Positions 9,763-19,895 are shown, counted from the first letter of the stretch. The stretch: DNA of 64,000 nt from Rhizobiales bacterium 65-9 (GCA_001899525.1 MKVY01000029.1:112733-176732), one strand, 5' to 3'. Numbers and translations are program-made. Notes: generated by a model from the letters alone, not told the origin.

Positions 9763-9948
9763 GAATCCCTCACCGCCCGGGGCGGAAACCAGTCACGCAC
9801 CGTCACACGCAGTGAAAGCTCACTCAGGGGACCGGCTGCGACATTTCGTATGGCCGGCGAAAATTGACTACTATGGGCGGTGACTCGCCGACAAGAGTCC
9901 GAAGCGTGAACGGCGATTTTTCCCCAGCAGAAGCGACTTTTTGGACTC
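9763..9948. promoter_or_regulatory. cluster of four GANTC (CcrM-type) sites in the gcrA/argG divergent intergenic region
   Basis: GAATC at 9763-9767, GACTC at 9882-9886, GAGTC at 9895-9899 and GACTC at 9944-9948. Confidence 0.4.
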
Positions 9949-10083
9949 ACCATGCATTTTTCCTGACTGATGCGCCCTTGACGCGCGCATCGCGTTGGAC
10001 GCGGCCGCATGTTGCGGTTTCGCCATTGAGCCTTATAAGCCAGCGGCTTGACGCCGGCCCGGCCGGCCAATGACGGAACCGCC

Positions 10084-11313
10084 ATGACCGCTCCCGTGAA
10101 AAAAGTCGTGCTCGCCTACTCCGGCGGTCTTGACACCTCGATCATCCTGAAATGGCTCCAGACCACCTATCGCTGCGAAGTGGTCACTTTCACGGCCGAT
10201 CTGGGGCAGGGCGAGGAGCTAGAGCCGGCGCGCAAGAAGGCGCAGCTCCTCGGCATCAAGGACGAGAACATCTTCATCGAGGATCTGCGCGAGGAATTCG
10301 TCCGCGACTACGTCTTTCCGATGTTTCGCGCCAACGCGCTCTATGAGGGCCTTTATCTCCTCGGCACGTCGATCGCCCGGCCGTTGATCGCAAAGAAGCA
10401 GATCGAGATCGCCGAGAAGGTCGGCGCTGACGCCGTGTGTCATGGCGCCACCGGCAAGGGCAACGATCAGGTCCGGTTCGAGCTCAGCTATTACGCGCTG
10501 AAGCCGGACATTCGCGTCATCGCGCCCTGGCGCGAATGGGACCTGCGCTCGCGCGAGCAACTCATCAGGTTCGCCGAGGAGAACCAGATTCCGATCGCCA
10601 AGGACAAGCGCGGCGAGGCGCCTTTCTCCGTTGACGCGAACCTGCTGCACTGCTCGTCGGAAGGAAAGGTGCTCGAAGACCCGTCGATCGAGGTGCCGGA
10701 TTATGTCTATTCCCGCACCGTCGATCCCGAGAAGGCGCCCGACACGCCGACGGTCATCTCGATCGACTTCGAGAAAGGCGACGCGGTCGCCATCGACGGC
10801 GTGAAGATGTCGCCCGCCACGCTGCTCGCGAAGCTGAATGAATATGGCCGCATCAATGGCGTCGGCCGGCTCGATCTCGTCGAGAACCGCTATGTCGGCA
10901 TGAAATCGCGCGGCATGTATGAGACGCCCGGCGGCACGATCCTTTATTTCGCCCATCGCGGCATCGAGTCGATCACGCTGGATCGCGGCGCGGCGCATCT
11001 CAAGGACGAGATCATGCCGAAATACGCCGAGCTGATCTATAACGGCTTCTGGTTCTCGCCGGAGCGCGAGATGCTGCAGGCGCTGATCGACAAGTCGCAG
11101 GAATACGTCACCGGCCGCGTGCGCGTGAAGCTCTACAAGGGTTCGGCCTGGGTGATCGGGCGCGAGAGCCCCTATTCGCTGTACGATCAGGACCTCGTCA
11201 CCTTCGAGGAAGGCCAGGTCGCCTATGATCACCGCGACGCCGCGGGCTTCATCCAGCTCAACGCGCTGCGCCTCAAGACCTACGGCGCGCGCAAGCGCAA
11301 GGTCGGCCGCTGA
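10084..11313 (+). CDS. argG: argininosuccinate synthase
   Basis: It starts [19 protein letters not shown] and contains [13 protein letters not shown] and [19 protein letters not shown] motifs. Confidence 0.96.
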   Translation: MTAPVKKVVLAYSGGLDTSIILKWLQTTYRCEVVTFTADLGQGEELEPARKKAQLLGIKDENIFIEDLREEFVRDYVFPMFRANALYEGLYLLGTSIARPLIAKKQIEIAEKVGADAVCHGATGKGNDQVRFELSYYALKPDIRVIAPWREWDLRSREQLIRFAEENQIPIAKDKRGEAPFSVDANLLHCSSEGKVLEDPSIEVPDYVYSRTVDPEKAPDTPTVISIDFEKGDAVAIDGVKMSPATLLAKLNEYGRINGVGRLDLVENRYVGMKSRGMYETPGGTILYFAHRGIESITLDRGAAHLKDEIMPKYAELIYNGFWFSPEREMLQALIDKSQEYVTGRVRVKLYKGSAWVIGRESPYSLYDQDLVTFEEGQVAYDHRDAAGFIQLNALRLKTYGARKRKVGR

Positions 11314-11425
11314 CCGCGCCGGCGCTCCGAGATGGTGCGCAAAAGCGAAGGTCGGTTTTCCGAAAACATCGGGCGACAGGAAATAGCTTGGGGAATGCTG
11401 CTGTTTTCGTGAATCGCGGCGTTCC

Positions 11426-12349
11426 TTAGGCGAGCCGGTAATCTCCGTCGATCGTTGGCCCGCTGTCGGTCGCGACGAGGCCGCGCGCAGCCAGATCGAC
11501 GAGATGGGCGAGCACCGATCGGCCGGCTGCGGGATGCAGGGCCGGCGACACCCCGGAATAAAGCGCGCGCACGATCTCCGGAATCGTCCTGTCGCCCGCC
11601 GCGAGCCGCTTCAGGATCGCGCTCTCGCGATGCCGGCGGTGATTGATGAGGCCGCGCACGAAGCGTTGCGGCTGGCTGACCGCCTCGCCATGGCCCGGCC
11701 AGTAGATCGCGTCGTCGCGCCCCCGCAGTTTCTCCAGCGACGCCATGTAGTCGGCCATGACGCCGTCCGGCGGCGACACGATCGAGGTCGACCACCCCAT
11801 CACGTGATCGCCGGAGAAAAGCGCGTTCTCCTCGGCGAGCGCGAAGCTCAGATGGTTCGACGCATGCCCCGGCGTCGCGACGGCGACGAGCGTCCAGTCC
11901 GGCCCGGAGATCGCGTCGCCGTCCCGCATGACGCCCGCCGGCGCGTGGTCGAGATCATGGCCGGCGTCGAGTTGCACGCCGTCGCTCGCGGACGATGTCA
12001 GCGTCACCGGCGCGCATCCCACGATCACGGCGCCGGTCGCTTCGGCGAGGCGTCGCGCGCCCGGCGAATGATCGCGATGGGTATGGGTGACGAGGATGTG
12101 CGACACCGTCTCGCCGCGCACATGGTCGATGAGCCGCGCGATATGCGCCGGGTCGTCCGGACCGGGATCGATGATCGCCGCCGTTCCGCGCCCGACGATG
12201 TAGCTGTTCGTGCCGTGGAAGGTGAATGCGGAGGGATTCGGCGCGAGCACGCGCCGCACGCGCGGCGACAGCGTGACCGCTTCGCCCGCCGCGCCGGCGA
12301 AATCCCTCACGAATGTCGGCTCGTCATTGTGGTCCCGTTCCGAAGCCAT
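11426..12349 (-). CDS. MBL-fold metallo-hydrolase
   Basis: The HTHRDHSPG (HxHxDH) motif and downstream TPGH and GD residues are present. 307 aa. Confidence 0.85.
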   Translation of the reverse strand: MASERDHNDEPTFVRDFAGAAGEAVTLSPRVRRVLAPNPSAFTFHGTNSYIVGRGTAAIIDPGPDDPAHIARLIDHVRGETVSHILVTHTHRDHSPGARRLAEATGAVIVGCAPVTLTSSASDGVQLDAGHDLDHAPAGVMRDGDAISGPDWTLVAVATPGHASNHLSFALAEENALFSGDHVMGWSTSIVSPPDGVMADYMASLEKLRGRDDAIYWPGHGEAVSQPQRFVRGLINHRRHRESAILKRLAAGDRTIPEIVRALYSGVSPALHPAAGRSVLAHLVDLAARGLVATDSGPTIDGDYRLA

Positions 12350-12454
12350 GCGCCTGTCCTGCTCCCGGCGGGGCCGCTTGAGCCGCGCCGGCAGGCCGCC
12401 TATACACCCCGCCGTGCGGCGTTTCGAGCGCCGACGATGATTCCCGGAGAGAGC

Positions 12455-13054
12455 ATGCCAGCCGCCACTTTCGCGTCAGCCCTTTGGCCGGCGCCATCCA
12501 TCGGATCGTCCTCGCGGCTCGCCGCCGCCATGCGCGTCGCCGTGCTGATGATTGTGGGCGCTGTCGCCCTGTGGCTGTCCGCGAAGATCAAGGTCGGCTT
12601 CCCGGTGCCGATGACGATGCAGACCTTCGTCGTGCTGACGATCGGCGCGGCCTATGGCGCGCGCCTCGGCGCGGCGACGGTGCTGCTCTATCTCGTGGAG
12701 GGCGCGCTCGGCCTGCCCGTCTTCGCCGACACGCCCGAGCGCGGCGTCGGCCTCGCTTACATGATGGGGCCGACTGGCGGCTATCTCGTCGGCTTCGTCG
12801 CCGGCGCGTTCATCGTCGGCTGGCTCGCGGAGCGCGGCTGGGACCGTTCTGTTGTGAAGCTTTTCGCTGCGATGGCGATCGGCCATGTCGTGCTGATCGG
12901 CTTCGGCTTCGCGTGGCTCGCCGTGAATCACGGCGCCGGCATGGCCTGGACCGTCGGCGTCGCTCCGTTCTACGCCGCCACGATCTACAAGACGCTGCTC
13001 GGCGCGCTGGCGATGCCGGCCGGCTGGGCCCTGCTGAAATCCGCGCGGCGCTGA
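12455..13054 (+). CDS. bioY: biotin transporter BioY
   Basis: Hydrophobic 199-aa product with VPMTMQTFVVLTIGAAYG...GPTGGYLVGF motifs. GGAGAG lies 5 nt upstream of ATG 12455; an alternative ATG is at 12437. Confidence 0.85.
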   Translation: MPAATFASALWPAPSIGSSSRLAAAMRVAVLMIVGAVALWLSAKIKVGFPVPMTMQTFVVLTIGAAYGARLGAATVLLYLVEGALGLPVFADTPERGVGLAYMMGPTGGYLVGFVAGAFIVGWLAERGWDRSVVKLFAAMAIGHVVLIGFGFAWLAVNHGAGMAWTVGVAPFYAATIYKTLLGALAMPAGWALLKSARR

Positions 13055-13082
13055 TCGCCGTCTGGCGGTTCTTGATTGACGA

Positions 13083-13109
13083 CGGGCGCGCATGTCGCGC
13101 CCGTTTTTT
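13083..13109 (+). terminator. intrinsic terminator after bioY
   Basis: CGGGCGCG-catgt-CGCGCCCG followed by TTTTTTA. It overlaps the queG stop codon on the other strand. Confidence 0.6.
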
Positions 13110-14376
13110 ATTGCGCGGAAGGTTGAGGCGGCGGCGCTTCTCCGTCCTCCGCGATCCCGCCGCCCTCGCTCCATTCCAGGCGCACGCTCGCGTCGATTTC
13201 CGCATCCATATGGGTGCGCCGCAGCGCCTCGAACGCCGATGGCGGAAGAAGCCGGCTGAGCGCCCACACGCTCGCGCCGCGCACGAGCGCGGACTCGTCG
13301 CCGAGAAGCTCAGACGCGCGCGGAATCAGGCTTGTCGCGCCGGAATTGCCCGCCGCGATCAGCGCATTGCGGAGGAAGCGCGCGCGCCCCGCCCGCTTGA
13401 TCGGCGTTCCCGCGAAGCGCGCGCGAAAGGCCTGATCGTCAAGCGCGAGAAGATCGGAGAGCGGCGGCGCTGAAAGATCCTCGCGCAGCGCCATGCGGGC
13501 GTCGCGGCTCGCTTCGGCGAACTTGTTCCAGGGGCAGACGGCGAGGCAGTCGTCGCAGCCGAACACGCGGTTGCCGATCAGCGGCCGGAATTCGCGCGGG
13601 ATCGGCCCCGCATGCTCGTTGGTGAGGTAGGCGATGCAGCGCGTGGCGTCGAGCTGATACGGCGCCGGGAACGCCTTGGTCGGGCAGATGTCGAGGCAGC
13701 GGCGGCAGGAGCCGCAATGATCGGTCTCGGCCGCGTCGGCCGCGAGCTCCGCGGTCGTGAGGATGAAGCCGAGGAACAGCCATCCGCCATGCGCGCGCGA
13801 CACCAGCACGCTGTGCTTGCCCTGCCATCCGAGGCCCGCCGCCTGCGCGAGGGGCTTCTCCATCAGCGGCGCCGTATCGACGAAGACCTTGACGTCGCGT
13901 CCGGTCTGCGCCGCGACGAAGCCCGCAAGCTCTTTCAGCTTCCCCTTGATGACGTCGTGATAGTCGCGCCGTCCCGCATAGACCGAGATCGTGGCGCGAT
14001 CCTTCATCGCGAGCGACGCGAGCGGATCGGAATCGGGCGCATAGCTCCAGCCGAGCGCGATGATCGACCGCGCCTCCGGCCACAGCGCGGAGGGATGGCG
14101 CCGGCGGTCGGCGGTGTCCGCCATCCAGCCCATCTCGCCATGCCGGCCCGCGGCGAGCCATTCGGCGAGCCGGCCGCCCTGATCGGGAGTTTGCTCCACC
14201 CGCGTAATCTTGATGTCCGCGAAGCCGAGCGCGCGGGCGCGGCCGTCGATCGCCTCGCGCAGCTTCGCGCCGCTCAGAAGTCCAGGTCGGCGTAGTGGGG
14301 CGCCGCCGGCGTCCCGAGAATTTTCTCGGCCAGCAGCGGGCGGAAGGACGGCCTCGATTTGATCCGCGCGTACCAT
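13108..14376 (-). CDS. queG: epoxyqueuosine reductase QueG (start uncertain)
   Basis: It has the 4Fe-4S motifs CGSCRRCLDICPT and CDDCLAVCPWNKF and a C-terminal HEAT-like repeat. ATG 14376 would overlap the GST gene by 103 nt. CTG at 14277 (a CTGA overlap with the GST stop) gives a more typical length. Confidence 0.88.
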   Translation of the reverse strand: MVRADQIEAVLPPAAGRENSRDAGGAPLRRPGLLSGAKLREAIDGRARALGFADIKITRVEQTPDQGGRLAEWLAAGRHGEMGWMADTADRRRHPSALWPEARSIIALGWSYAPDSDPLASLAMKDRATISVYAGRRDYHDVIKGKLKELAGFVAAQTGRDVKVFVDTAPLMEKPLAQAAGLGWQGKHSVLVSRAHGGWLFLGFILTTAELAADAAETDHCGSCRRCLDICPTKAFPAPYQLDATRCIAYLTNEHAGPIPREFRPLIGNRVFGCDDCLAVCPWNKFAEASRDARMALREDLSAPPLSDLLALDDQAFRARFAGTPIKRAGRARFLRNALIAAGNSGATSLIPRASELLGDESALVRGASVWALSRLLPPSAFEALRRTHMDAEIDASVRLEWSEGGGIAEDGEAPPPQPSAQ

Positions 14377-14978
14377 TCCTTCGCCGCCTCGTCCTCGCTC
14401 CAGGGCGCGTCGCCGAGATAGTCGACGCATGACAGATGCGCGGCCGCGACGAGGTCGGCGTAGCTCATCCGGTCGCCTGCAAGCCATTTGCGCCGGCCGA
14501 TGAGATGGCCGACATAGCGCAGATGATAGCGCACATTGTTGCGCGCCGCACGGATCGCGCCGGCGTCGGGCGCGCCGCCGCCATGCGCCGCGCCCATCTG
14601 GCGCTTGTAGATTTTCTCCCGCACCAGCGGCTCGCTCACCTCCTGGGCGAAGGTGAGGTTGAACCAGTCCAGCAGGCGGCGGACCTCGATGCGTCCCGCC
14701 ACGCTGTCGGGCAGCAGCCGGCGGTCGCCGAGGGCGAGCCCGCGCGTTTCGTCGAGATATTCGGCGATCACGCCGGCGCCCGGAATGGCGAAGGCCTCCT
14801 CGACCAGCACCGGGACGGTCGCAGCCGGGTTGAGCGCCAGGAATTCCGTCCTCCGCTCCCAGACGCGCTCCTCGACGAGTTCGATCGCCAGCCCCGCCTC
14901 GGCGCAGGCGAGACGGATGAAGCGGGACTGGGGACAGAACGGATGGTGATGCAGGCGCGACATAGGGAGCGGAATCAT
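14274..14978 (-). CDS. glutathione S-transferase family protein
   Basis: The N-terminal thioredoxin-like part has FCPQSRFIRL...LNPAATVPVL, followed by a C-terminal helical GST domain. Alternative start at ATG 14963. Confidence 0.85.
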   Translation of the reverse strand: MIPLPMSRLHHHPFCPQSRFIRLACAEAGLAIELVEERVWERRTEFLALNPAATVPVLVEEAFAIPGAGVIAEYLDETRGLALGDRRLLPDSVAGRIEVRRLLDWFNLTFAQEVSEPLVREKIYKRQMGAAHGGGAPDAGAIRAARNNVRYHLRYVGHLIGRRKWLAGDRMSYADLVAAAHLSCVDYLGDAPWSEDEAAKEWYARIKSRPSFRPLLAEKILGTPAAPHYADLDF

Positions 14979-15125
14979 CCGGCGCGGCCGAATGCAGCGG
15001 CTGGAATGCGTTGGCGGGAGAGCGGCGCAGCTATAGTGTCCGCCGCCCGCGGCGACAATGTGATTCGGTCGAATCGGCTCGATGCGGCCAACGATTGCTT
15101 AACGATTGATGGATGAGGCCGTTCC

Positions 15126-15926
15126 GTGGATATCATCAAGGCGCTCGTCCTCGGGCTCGTTGAGGGGCTGACGGAGTTCATTCCCGTCTCGTCCACCGGC
15201 CATCTTCTTCTGCTCGAGCATTTCTTCGGCTTCGACGACGACGCGCTCGGCAAGACCTATGTGATCCTCGTCCAGCTCGGCGCCATTCTCGCTCTTCTGT
15301 CGGTTTATTTCGGGCGTCTGTGGCGCGTCGCGCTGGCGCTGCCGACGAGCGCCGACGCGCGGCGCTTCGTCATCGGCGTGCTGCTCGCCTTCCTGCCGGC
15401 GGCGGTGATCGGCTATGTGCTGATCGGCTTCATCAAGAGCCAGCTCTTCAATCCGATGATCGTCTGCATCGCGCTGATCCTCGGCGGGTTCGTGCTGCTC
15501 GTGATGGACGAGCGCAAGACCGAGGCGACTTTGGACGACGCGATGGCGTTTCCGCTCATGACCTACCTGAAGATCGGCTTCTTCCAGTGTCTCGCCATGA
15601 TCCCCGGCGTTTCGCGCTCCGGCGCGACGATCGTCGGCGCGATGCTGATGGGCGCGAGCAAGCGCGCCGCCGCCGAGTTTTCATTCTTTCTTGCGATGCC
15701 GACGATGGTCGGCGCCTTCACGCTGGAGGCGTGGAAGTCGCGGCATGACCTGACGCTGGATGGAACGATCCTGATCGCCGTCGGATTCGCGGCGGCTTTT
15801 CTCGCCGGTCTCGTCGTGGTGCGCTTCCTGCTCGATTATATCTCGCGGCACGGCTTCGCGATCTTCGCCTGGTGGCGGATTCTCGTCGGCGCGGCGGGTC
15901 TGGCGGGATTGCTGGTCTTCGGCTGA
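15126..15926 (+). CDS. uppP: undecaprenyl-diphosphate phosphatase
   Basis: GTG start. It has [17 protein letters not shown] and [10 protein letters not shown] motifs and is polytopic. Confidence 0.95.
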   Translation: MDIIKALVLGLVEGLTEFIPVSSTGHLLLLEHFFGFDDDALGKTYVILVQLGAILALLSVYFGRLWRVALALPTSADARRFVIGVLLAFLPAAVIGYVLIGFIKSQLFNPMIVCIALILGGFVLLVMDERKTEATLDDAMAFPLMTYLKIGFFQCLAMIPGVSRSGATIVGAMLMGASKRAAAEFSFFLAMPTMVGAFTLEAWKSRHDLTLDGTILIAVGFAAAFLAGLVVVRFLLDYISRHGFAIFAWWRILVGAAGLAGLLVFG

Positions 15927-15934
15927 CCGCGCCG

Positions 15935-16285
15935 TCAGGCGTGGGCGAGAATGTTGACGAGTTTTCCGAAAGGATCGCGGACGTAGAAGCGGCGCACGCC
16001 CCAGGGCTCGTCGGCCGGTCCGTACTCGATCGTAAAACCCGCGGCGCGCATGCGCCGCAGGGCTTCGTCGAGGTCGTCGACCTCGATCGAGAGATCGGGA
16101 ACGGGCGTCCCCGATCCGCCCTCCGTCGCGACGCTGATCTGCGCGTTCATCGTCGCCGGCGCGCCATAGGTCGCGATCCAGCCGTGATCCATGACAGGGT
16201 CCAGGCCGAGCGCGTCCTGATAGAACCGCTTCGCCGCACCGACGTCTGCGGCCGCGAGGTTGGCGACGATGCGTCGGACCTTCAC
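15935..16285 (-). CDS. VOC/glyoxalase-family protein
   Basis: Beginning at GTG 16285 the product reads VKVRRIVANLAAADVGAAKRFYQDALGL...RRFYVRDPFGKLVNI. This GTG overlaps the hslO TGA as GTGA. Confidence 0.75.
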   Translation of the reverse strand: MKVRRIVANLAAADVGAAKRFYQDALGLDPVMDHGWIATYGAPATMNAQISVATEGGSGTPVPDLSIEVDDLDEALRRMRAAGFTIEYGPADEPWGVRRFYVRDPFGKLVNILAHA

Positions 16286-17244
16286 GCCGCGAAATCCTCC
16301 GGCGCGAAGCGATAGCGCGCCGAGCAGAATTCGCAGGTGACGATCATCTGGCCGTCGTCGGCGATCATCTGGCGCCGTTCCTCGCCCGAGAAGTTGCGCA
16401 GCATGTCGAAGACGCGCGCGCGCGAGCAGCGGCACTGGTGCCGCACCGATTGCGGCGGGAACACGCGCACGCCGCGCTCATGGAACAGCCGGTAGAGCAG
16501 CCTTTCGCTCGACAGCGTCGGATCGATGAGTTCGTGGTCCTCGACCGTCTCGATCAGCGACCGCGCCTCCACCCAGGCGTCGTCCTCGGGCGTCTCGTCG
16601 CGCGCATGCGACGAGGGCGCGTCGCCGGGATCGAGATCGCGCTGCCGCTGGCGCTCCGGCGAGGACGGCAGGAACTGCACCATGACGCCGCCGGCGCGCC
16701 AGCGGTTCGGCGCGTCATGGGCGATCGATTCCGCCACCGCGAGGCGCACGCGCGTCGGGATCTGCTCCGAGCGCAGGAAATATTCGTGCGCGGCCGCCTC
16801 GAAGCCCTGGCCCTCGAGCGCCACCACGCCCTGATAGCGCGACTGCTCCGAGCCCTGGTCGATGGTGAAGGCGAGATGGCCGCGCCCGACGAGGTCCCCC
16901 GGCGTCGCGCGCCCCTCGCGCTCATAGTGCGCGACGGCCTCGGCGTCGAAGCGGGCGTAGGCCCGCATCCGGTCGGGCGTCTCGAAATCGACGACGATCA
17001 TGCCGGCCGGCCCGTCGCCGCGCGCCTGGAGCTGGAAGCGCCCCTCGAATTTCAGCGAGGCGCCCATGAGCGCCGTCAGCGCCGCGGCCTCTCCGACGGC
17101 GCGCGACACGCTCGCCGGATAGCCATGCTTGGTCAGCATCTCGTCCAGCGCCGGGCCGAGCGTGATGACCCGGCCGCGCACGTCGAGCGGCTCGACCGAA
17201 AAGGGGAGGATGCGGTCGCCGGAGACCGCCGGATCTGAGGTCAT
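16282..17244 (-). CDS. hslO: redox-regulated chaperone Hsp33
   Basis: The C-terminal zinc centre is CRCSR...CEFC, and the N-terminal half is Hsp33-like. Confidence 0.93.
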   Translation of the reverse strand: MTSDPAVSGDRILPFSVEPLDVRGRVITLGPALDEMLTKHGYPASVSRAVGEAAALTALMGASLKFEGRFQLQARGDGPAGMIVVDFETPDRMRAYARFDAEAVAHYEREGRATPGDLVGRGHLAFTIDQGSEQSRYQGVVALEGQGFEAAAHEYFLRSEQIPTRVRLAVAESIAHDAPNRWRAGGVMVQFLPSSPERQRQRDLDPGDAPSSHARDETPEDDAWVEARSLIETVEDHELIDPTLSSERLLYRLFHERGVRVFPPQSVRHQCRCSRARVFDMLRNFSGEERRQMIADDGQMIVTCEFCSARYRFAPEDFAA

Positions 17245-17322
17245 GTGGGATCTTTGCTTCGCGGCGGCGGGCGCGCCTGATCCGAATGTAGATCGGGCGC
17301 GCCGGATCGCAAGCTGGCCGCC

Positions 17323-18252
17323 TCAGGCGTCGGCGAGGCCGAAGCACCAGGCGAGAATGCCCTTCTGGGCGTGCAGGCGGTTCTCGGCCTCGTCGAACAC
17401 GACCGACTGCGGCCCGTCCATCACCTCGTCGGTGACCTCCTCGCCGCGATGCGCCGGCAGGCAGTGCATGAAGATCGCCTCGGGCTTCGCCGCCGCCATC
17501 AGCTTGCCGTTGACCTGGTAGGGCATCAGCAGATTGTGCCGGCGGCCCTGATCCTCGTCGCCCATCGACACCCAGCAGTCGGTGACGACCGCGTCGGCGT
17601 TCTGGACGGCCGTGAACGGATCGAGGGTGTGCGTCACCACGGCGCCTTCTTTCGCCGCGCGCTCCATGAGGCGCGGCGGCGGCGCGAGTTCGGCCGGCGT
17701 CGCGATCGACAGGCGGAAATCCATCCGCATCGCCGCATGCACCCAGGATGTCATCACATTGTTCGCGTCGCCGGAATAGGCGATCGACTTCCCCGCGATC
17801 GGCCCGCGATGCTCCTCGTAGGTGAGCACGTCGGCCATGATCTGGCAGGGGTGCGATCGCTTGGTCAGGCCGTTGATCACTGGAACGGTCGCATATTGCG
17901 CGAGTTCGGTCACGGCGTCGTGGTCGAGGATGCGGATCATGATCGCATCGACATAGCGCGACAGCACGCGCGCCGTGTCGGCGATCGATTCGCCGCGCCC
18001 GAGCTGCATTTCCTGCCCGGTCAGCATGATCGTGTCGCCGCCGAGCTCGCGCATGGCGAGGTCGAACGAGACGCGCGTACGCGTCGAGGGCTTGTCGAAG
18101 ATCATCGCCAGCGTCTTGCCGGCGAGCGGCCGCTCGCGCGGCGGCTGACCCCTGACGCGCCGCGCTTTCAGGTCGGCCGCGATGCGCAGCAGACCCCGCA
18201 ACTCTCCGGCGGAGAAATCGGTCAGATCGATGAAATGCCGCGCCCCGCTCAT
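17323..18252 (-). CDS. argF: ornithine carbamoyltransferase
   Basis: It starts [10 protein letters not shown] and has [12 protein letters not shown] and [10 protein letters not shown] motifs. Its ATG overlaps the argD TGA as ATGA. Confidence 0.95.
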   Translation of the reverse strand: MSGARHFIDLTDFSAGELRGLLRIAADLKARRVRGQPPRERPLAGKTLAMIFDKPSTRTRVSFDLAMRELGGDTIMLTGQEMQLGRGESIADTARVLSRYVDAIMIRILDHDAVTELAQYATVPVINGLTKRSHPCQIMADVLTYEEHRGPIAGKSIAYSGDANNVMTSWVHAAMRMDFRLSIATPAELAPPPRLMERAAKEGAVVTHTLDPFTAVQNADAVVTDCWVSMGDEDQGRRHNLLMPYQVNGKLMAAAKPEAIFMHCLPAHRGEEVTDEVMDGPQSVVFDEAENRLHAQKGILAWCFGLADA

Positions 18253-19463
18253 GCTGCGGCGTCCTTCTTGTTGTCGAGAGTCCGCTCGATCGCGGCGCAG
18301 GCCGCGTCGAGCCGCTTCACGGCCTCGTTGATCTCTTCGGCCGTGGTCGTCAGCGGCGGCAGGAGCCGCAGCGTGTTGTCGCCCGCCGGCACCGACAGCA
18401 GCTTTTCCGCCCGCGCCGCGGCGGCGAGATCCGTGTTGGGGACCTTGCTTTTCAGCCCGATGAGCAGCCCCTCGCCGCGAATCTCCTCGATCACGCGCGG
18501 GTGGCGGTCCTTGAGCTCGGCCAGCCGCTGTTTCAGGAGCAGCGCGTTGTTCTGGACGGCGTCGAGGAAGCCGGGCGCGAGCACCACGTCGAGCACGGCG
18601 TTGCCGACCGCCATCGCCAGCGGATTGCCGCCGAAGGTGGTGCCGTGGGTGCCGGCGGTCATGCCCTTTCCTGCTTCCTTCGTGGTCAGGAACAGGCCGA
18701 GCGGAAAGCCGCCGCCGATGCCTTTCGCGACGCTCATGATGTCCGGCTTCACGCCGGCCCACTCATGCTGGAACAGCTTGCCGCTGCGGCCGACGCCGGT
18801 CTGGATTTCGTCGAAGATCAGCAGCAGGCCATGCTCGTCGCACAGCGCGCGGATGGCGCGCAGCGTCGCCGGCGAAAACGGCCGCACGCCGCCTTCCATC
18901 TGCGTGGGTTCGAGCATGATCGCGGCCGTTTCGGGCGTGACGGCGATTTTCAGCGCTTCGAAATCGCCGAACGGAACCTGGTCGAAACCCTCGGCCTTGG
19001 GCCCGAAGCCTTCGAGATATTTCTGCTGGCCGCCGGCCGCGAGCGTCGCCAGCGTGCGGCCATGGAAGGCGCCCTCAAAGGTGATGATGCGGATTTTCTC
19101 GGGATGGCCGGAAACGGCGTGATATTTGCGCGCCGTCTTGATCGCGCCCTCGTTCGCCTCGGCGCCCGAATTGGCGAAGAACGCATAATCGAGGCCCGTC
19201 GCCTCCGCGAGGCGCTCCGCCAGCCTGACGCCTTCCGGGATCTGGTACAGGTTGGAGACGTGCCAAACCTTCTGGGCCTGATCGACGAGCGCCTTGACGA
19301 GGTGGGGATGGCCGTGGCCGAGCGCGTTCACCGCGATACCCGAGCCGAAATCGAGATAGCGGTCGCCGTTCGTGGCGGTGAGCCAGGCGCCGTCGCCGCG
19401 CTCGAACGCGATGTCGGCTTTCGCGAAAGTCGGGAGAAGATGGGACGAGGGGGCAGGAGGCAT
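18249..19463 (-). CDS. argD: acetylornithine/succinylornithine aminotransferase
   Basis: Class-III aminotransferase with [24 protein letters not shown] and the PLP-lysine context [11 protein letters not shown]. Confidence 0.93.
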   Translation of the reverse strand: MPPAPSSHLLPTFAKADIAFERGDGAWLTATNGDRYLDFGSGIAVNALGHGHPHLVKALVDQAQKVWHVSNLYQIPEGVRLAERLAEATGLDYAFFANSGAEANEGAIKTARKYHAVSGHPEKIRIITFEGAFHGRTLATLAAGGQQKYLEGFGPKAEGFDQVPFGDFEALKIAVTPETAAIMLEPTQMEGGVRPFSPATLRAIRALCDEHGLLLIFDEIQTGVGRSGKLFQHEWAGVKPDIMSVAKGIGGGFPLGLFLTTKEAGKGMTAGTHGTTFGGNPLAMAVGNAVLDVVLAPGFLDAVQNNALLLKQRLAELKDRHPRVIEEIRGEGLLIGLKSKVPNTDLAAAARAEKLLSVPAGDNTLRLLPPLTTTAEEINEAVKRLDAACAAIERTLDNKKDAAA

Positions 19464-19895
19464 TGCGGCGCGCTTTCGGGTCAGAAGGGAGTCGCGTTCG
19501 CTCGCATCAGGAGGCGTCGCGACGATTGATTGTGCAGGACGGGAGTGGCGGGCGGATCATATCGGCGCGACGACGCCCGTCGGAACGAGCCGCTTAGGCC
19601 CGCGCCGTTCGTCGCGCGCATCGTCGCGACCGTTCCGTCCTGTCCGTCCAAGCGCCCATCGGCGTATCGGCCCTAACGCAAAGGCCGCCCATCAGGGCGG
19701 CTTTCCCAGCTTTCATGGCGGCCGCACGTGTTATTGTCAATTCTGTCCACAGGCCGCGCGCTCCCTGTGCATGAGCCCCCGGCATGATTGCCCGCCTGAC
19801 GCGCGCCGCCTTGCTATCGCCCCATCGCCCATGTTCACCTGACGCGAACCCGCGCAATCGCTCTGATTTGCTGGACGCGCGCCAAGGACAGTCGC

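Noticed and set aside
10012-10039. TTGCGG-N16-TATAAG as the argG promoter.
   Set aside because: It is plausible, but it is only one of several similar matches in the 360-bp spacer, and I have no independent support. I did not report it as a feature.
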